A stretch of 64,000 nucleotides of DNA from positions 8,507 to 72,506 of the forward strand of contig JBKQLZ010000006.1 of NCBI GenBank assembly GCA_052146895.1, given 5' to 3'. Both the position numbers and the translations under genes were made by a program. Of the stretch, positions 61,835-64,000 are shown piece by piece (positions within the stretch are counted from its first letter, which is position 1; each line of letters opens with the position of its first letter). The stretch comes from Acidimicrobiales bacterium (lineage in GTDB: Bacteria > Actinomycetota > Acidimicrobiia > Acidimicrobiales > Bog-793). The notes beneath the pieces were generated by a model. It saw only the letters and a list, made by a program, of their open reading frames with translations. It was not told the DNA's origin and ran no database searches.

Positions 61835-63724
61835 ATGCTCTCTCGAGCGCAACCGATGAGCTCGGGCACGACCGGAGACGCGAGCGGCACGGGGATCGTG
61901 CTGCCGGAGGCGCCGGCGCGGCCGCCTCGTCTCGGGTCCGCAGTCCCTGTCGACGCGGGCATCGAGCCGGTCAAACCGGCGAGCGCGCTCGCCTTGTTCG
62001 CTGGTCTCGCCGCTGCGGCTCTGACTGTCGTGGCTGACCCGCAAGTCGGATCCGACACCTTCACACCGAAGTACCTCGTCATGCTGCTCATCGCGGCGGT
62101 CGGGGTCGTGCCGCTCTACCGCCTCGCCAGGTCCGGCCCGCTGCGGGTTCCCGCTCGCTTCGGTGTGGCGTTCCTACTTGTGGCGTTCCTGGCCGCATTG
62201 AGTTCGGCGGTGCCGGTCGAGGGTTTCTTCGGGACTTACCTGTGGGGCACGGGCTGGTTCTTCTGGATGGCCTGTGTCGGGGGTTGGGCGATCGGGGCGA
62301 CGCTCGACGAGCACGGCCGCGTCATCTTGATCCGCGGGCTGGTCGGCGGTGTGCTTGCGAACGCGCTCCTCGGCATCGTCCAGGTCTACGGAACCAGGCT
62401 CGACCCCACCTTTTTCACTGCGGGACTGCTCCAGACCTTCGACGGTCAGGCTGACGGGTTCCTCGGTAACCCGATTCACCTCGAAGCGCTCCTCATGGGT
62501 GGCCTGGCGCTCGTGCTGGGTCGGGCTTGCCGGAAGCCCTGGCCCTGGGCGCTCTGGACGGGCGTCATCGCCTTGGCGCTCGAGATGTCCGCAGAGCGCT
62601 TTGCTGCGCTCTTGTTCATACCGCTCGTGGCCTACGCCATATGGCGGTACCCGTGGCGGCGCGTCCTCATCTACGCCGGGTCCATCGCCGTTGGCTACGT
62701 CGTCGGGGACCGCACCGGCTCGCTCAGCGTCGTCAACAGGGCCACAGACCTCGCGTCCTCGAGAACCACCGGCGGGCTACGGCTTGCGATCTGGAAGGTG
62801 GCGCTGAAGGCCGACCTGCATCGACCGCTGCTCGGTTACGGCCCGGGCCAGTTCCTCCACGCGACGTCGGCGAGGATCCCGACGTCCCTCGCGGCGCAGC
62901 TCGGACCGGGCAGATACTTCACTGACGCCCACGACATATTGATCGAGGTGATGACGACGACAGGTGTCCTCGGCCTGTTGGCCATTGCAGGGCTGGTTGC
63001 CACCTCGGTGCGAGGCGCCCGCGGCGCCCTCCTCGGCTTTGCCGCCTTGACTCTCGCCGTACGTCTCATCGAACCGCTCAACGTCGGGACGGACCCGATC
63101 GCGTTCATGGCCCTCGGCGGCGCCGCCGGATCCTTCGTGTGGGACAAGGGGCGAGAGCTCGAGCCGGAGAACATCGCCGCTCGAGTGGTGACAGCCGTTT
63201 GCGTGCTCGCGGCGTTCCTTCTCGGAGCATCGCTCGTCGTCGGCGACTCCTATCTCTACGAGGGTGAGCTTCACTACTCCATTGCGGACGCGCAGACCGC
63301 GAGTCGCCTTCTTCCGGAATGGCCCGACTCAGCGTCGGATCTCGCCCGCGTGTACGCCTACAACAGCATCGTCCACCCCGGGAAGGGCTGGCTCTTCAAG
63401 GCCCGCGCGGCGGAGCTCGCGGCTATCGGACGGGAGCCGACGAATCAGGGGTACTGGTCCGATCTCGGCGACGCTGATCTCGACCTTCACCATATAAGGA
63501 GCGCGATCTACGACTTCGACCGCGCACTAGTCCTCGCACCCTACGAGGACCAGGCTCTTTCCGGACTGGCGACGATCGCGATCAGGCGCCATCAGTACGA
63601 GACCGCCTTCACCGAGGAGCAGCTGGTCTACTCGCTCTACCCGACGCACCAAGAGCTCACGCAGCTTCACGAGATCGAGGCTGATCTTCACCGTTCGAGC
63701 CACAGCAGTCCCGCTTCGCCCTAG
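61835..63724 (+). CDS. O-antigen-ligase-family (Wzy_C) polytopic membrane protein with C-terminal TPR-like domain
   Basis: About 12 TM segments, PLLGYGPGQF and AHDILIEVMTTTGVLGLL motifs typical of WaaL/PglL/TfpO-type enzymes. C-terminal soluble helical repeats. Confidence 0.7.
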   Translation: MLSRAQPMSSGTTGDASGTGIVLPEAPARPPRLGSAVPVDAGIEPVKPASALALFAGLAAAALTVVADPQVGSDTFTPKYLVMLLIAAVGVVPLYRLARSGPLRVPARFGVAFLLVAFLAALSSAVPVEGFFGTYLWGTGWFFWMACVGGWAIGATLDEHGRVILIRGLVGGVLANALLGIVQVYGTRLDPTFFTAGLLQTFDGQADGFLGNPIHLEALLMGGLALVLGRACRKPWPWALWTGVIALALEMSAERFAALLFIPLVAYAIWRYPWRRVLIYAGSIAVGYVVGDRTGSLSVVNRATDLASSRTTGGLRLAIWKVALKADLHRPLLGYGPGQFLHATSARIPTSLAAQLGPGRYFTDAHDILIEVMTTTGVLGLLAIAGLVATSVRGARGALLGFAALTLAVRLIEPLNVGTDPIAFMALGGAAGSFVWDKGRELEPENIAARVVTAVCVLAAFLLGASLVVGDSYLYEGELHYSIADAQTASRLLPEWPDSASDLARVYAYNSIVHPGKGWLFKARAAELAAIGREPTNQGYWSDLGDADLDLHHIRSAIYDFDRALVLAPYEDQALSGLATIAIRRHQYETAFTEEQLVYSLYPTHQELTQLHEIEADLHRSSHSSPASP

Positions 63725-64000
63725 AGCAGCTTTGCGCGCGGAGGCGCCGACCACGTAGAGTGGTCACCAAGGAGGGGGATCTTGATGAACGAGAGTTCTC
63801 GTTTCCCCTCCATGTGCGCGCCTGAGCTGGGGTCTTTCCTCACCGACAGCGGCAGAAATCTCACCGATCGCGGTAAAAATTCGCGCTAGGGGTCGCCACA
63901 GCACCACTCTTCGTGTTATATTGACAACTGCTGGATTCCCGCACGCTCACCAAGCACATGCGAGGGTCTGCTCAAGGAAGTCCAGTATTCATTGACGACA

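Noticed and set aside
63921-64000. Start of an rRNA operon or 16S leader at the window edge
   Set aside because: There is no recognisable 16S 5' sequence (gagtttgatcctggctcag) or boxA element within the window. Only a lone TTGACA and an AT-richer composition are present, which is insufficient evidence.

Overview
High-GC, densely coding chromosomal window. The synteny is actinobacterial: ctaB/ctaA next to an ABC-2 exporter, ClpS-DUF2017, purF, and tRNA-Glu/Asp/Phe. All calls come from reading the ORF translations and DNA by eye; no database search was run. Most of the window is housekeeping or accessory metabolism and transport: an OmpR-type regulator, heme O and heme A synthases, a BMP-type ABC importer, two DrrAB-like exporters (one with PadR), two DHA2 MFS pumps, three GNATs, a GH3 beta-glucosidase, an acyl-CoA ligase and a PLP decarboxylase. 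It also holds three c-di-GMP turnover proteins. Four loci deserve a second look. (1) A 5.3-kb integrative islet sits in tRNA-Phe, bounded by a perfect 46-bp direct repeat. It carries a tyrosine integrase, repeated arm-type motifs, a DUF433/DUF5615 toxin-antitoxin pair and a lower-GC cargo of uncharacterised genes: an HhH glycosylase-like protein, an acidic helical protein, a Zn-ribbon P-loop kinase-like protein and a Thr-rich lipoprotein. This cargo is my best candidate for an undescribed (defence-like) module. (2) An orphan type-IV-pilin-like operon encodes three unusually large pseudopilins (273, 825 and 541 aa). It is divergent from a prepilin peptidase and an O-antigen-ligase/TPR protein, and no assembly ATPase or platform gene is in the window. 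(3) A stand-alone PheS-like class II aaRS core is fused to an FDX-ACB domain and translationally coupled to a DinB-family gene. (4) An S51-like hydrolase is fused to a CysRS C-terminal region. Many long ORFs in the six-frame track are antisense or alternate-frame artefacts of high GC and were rejected.
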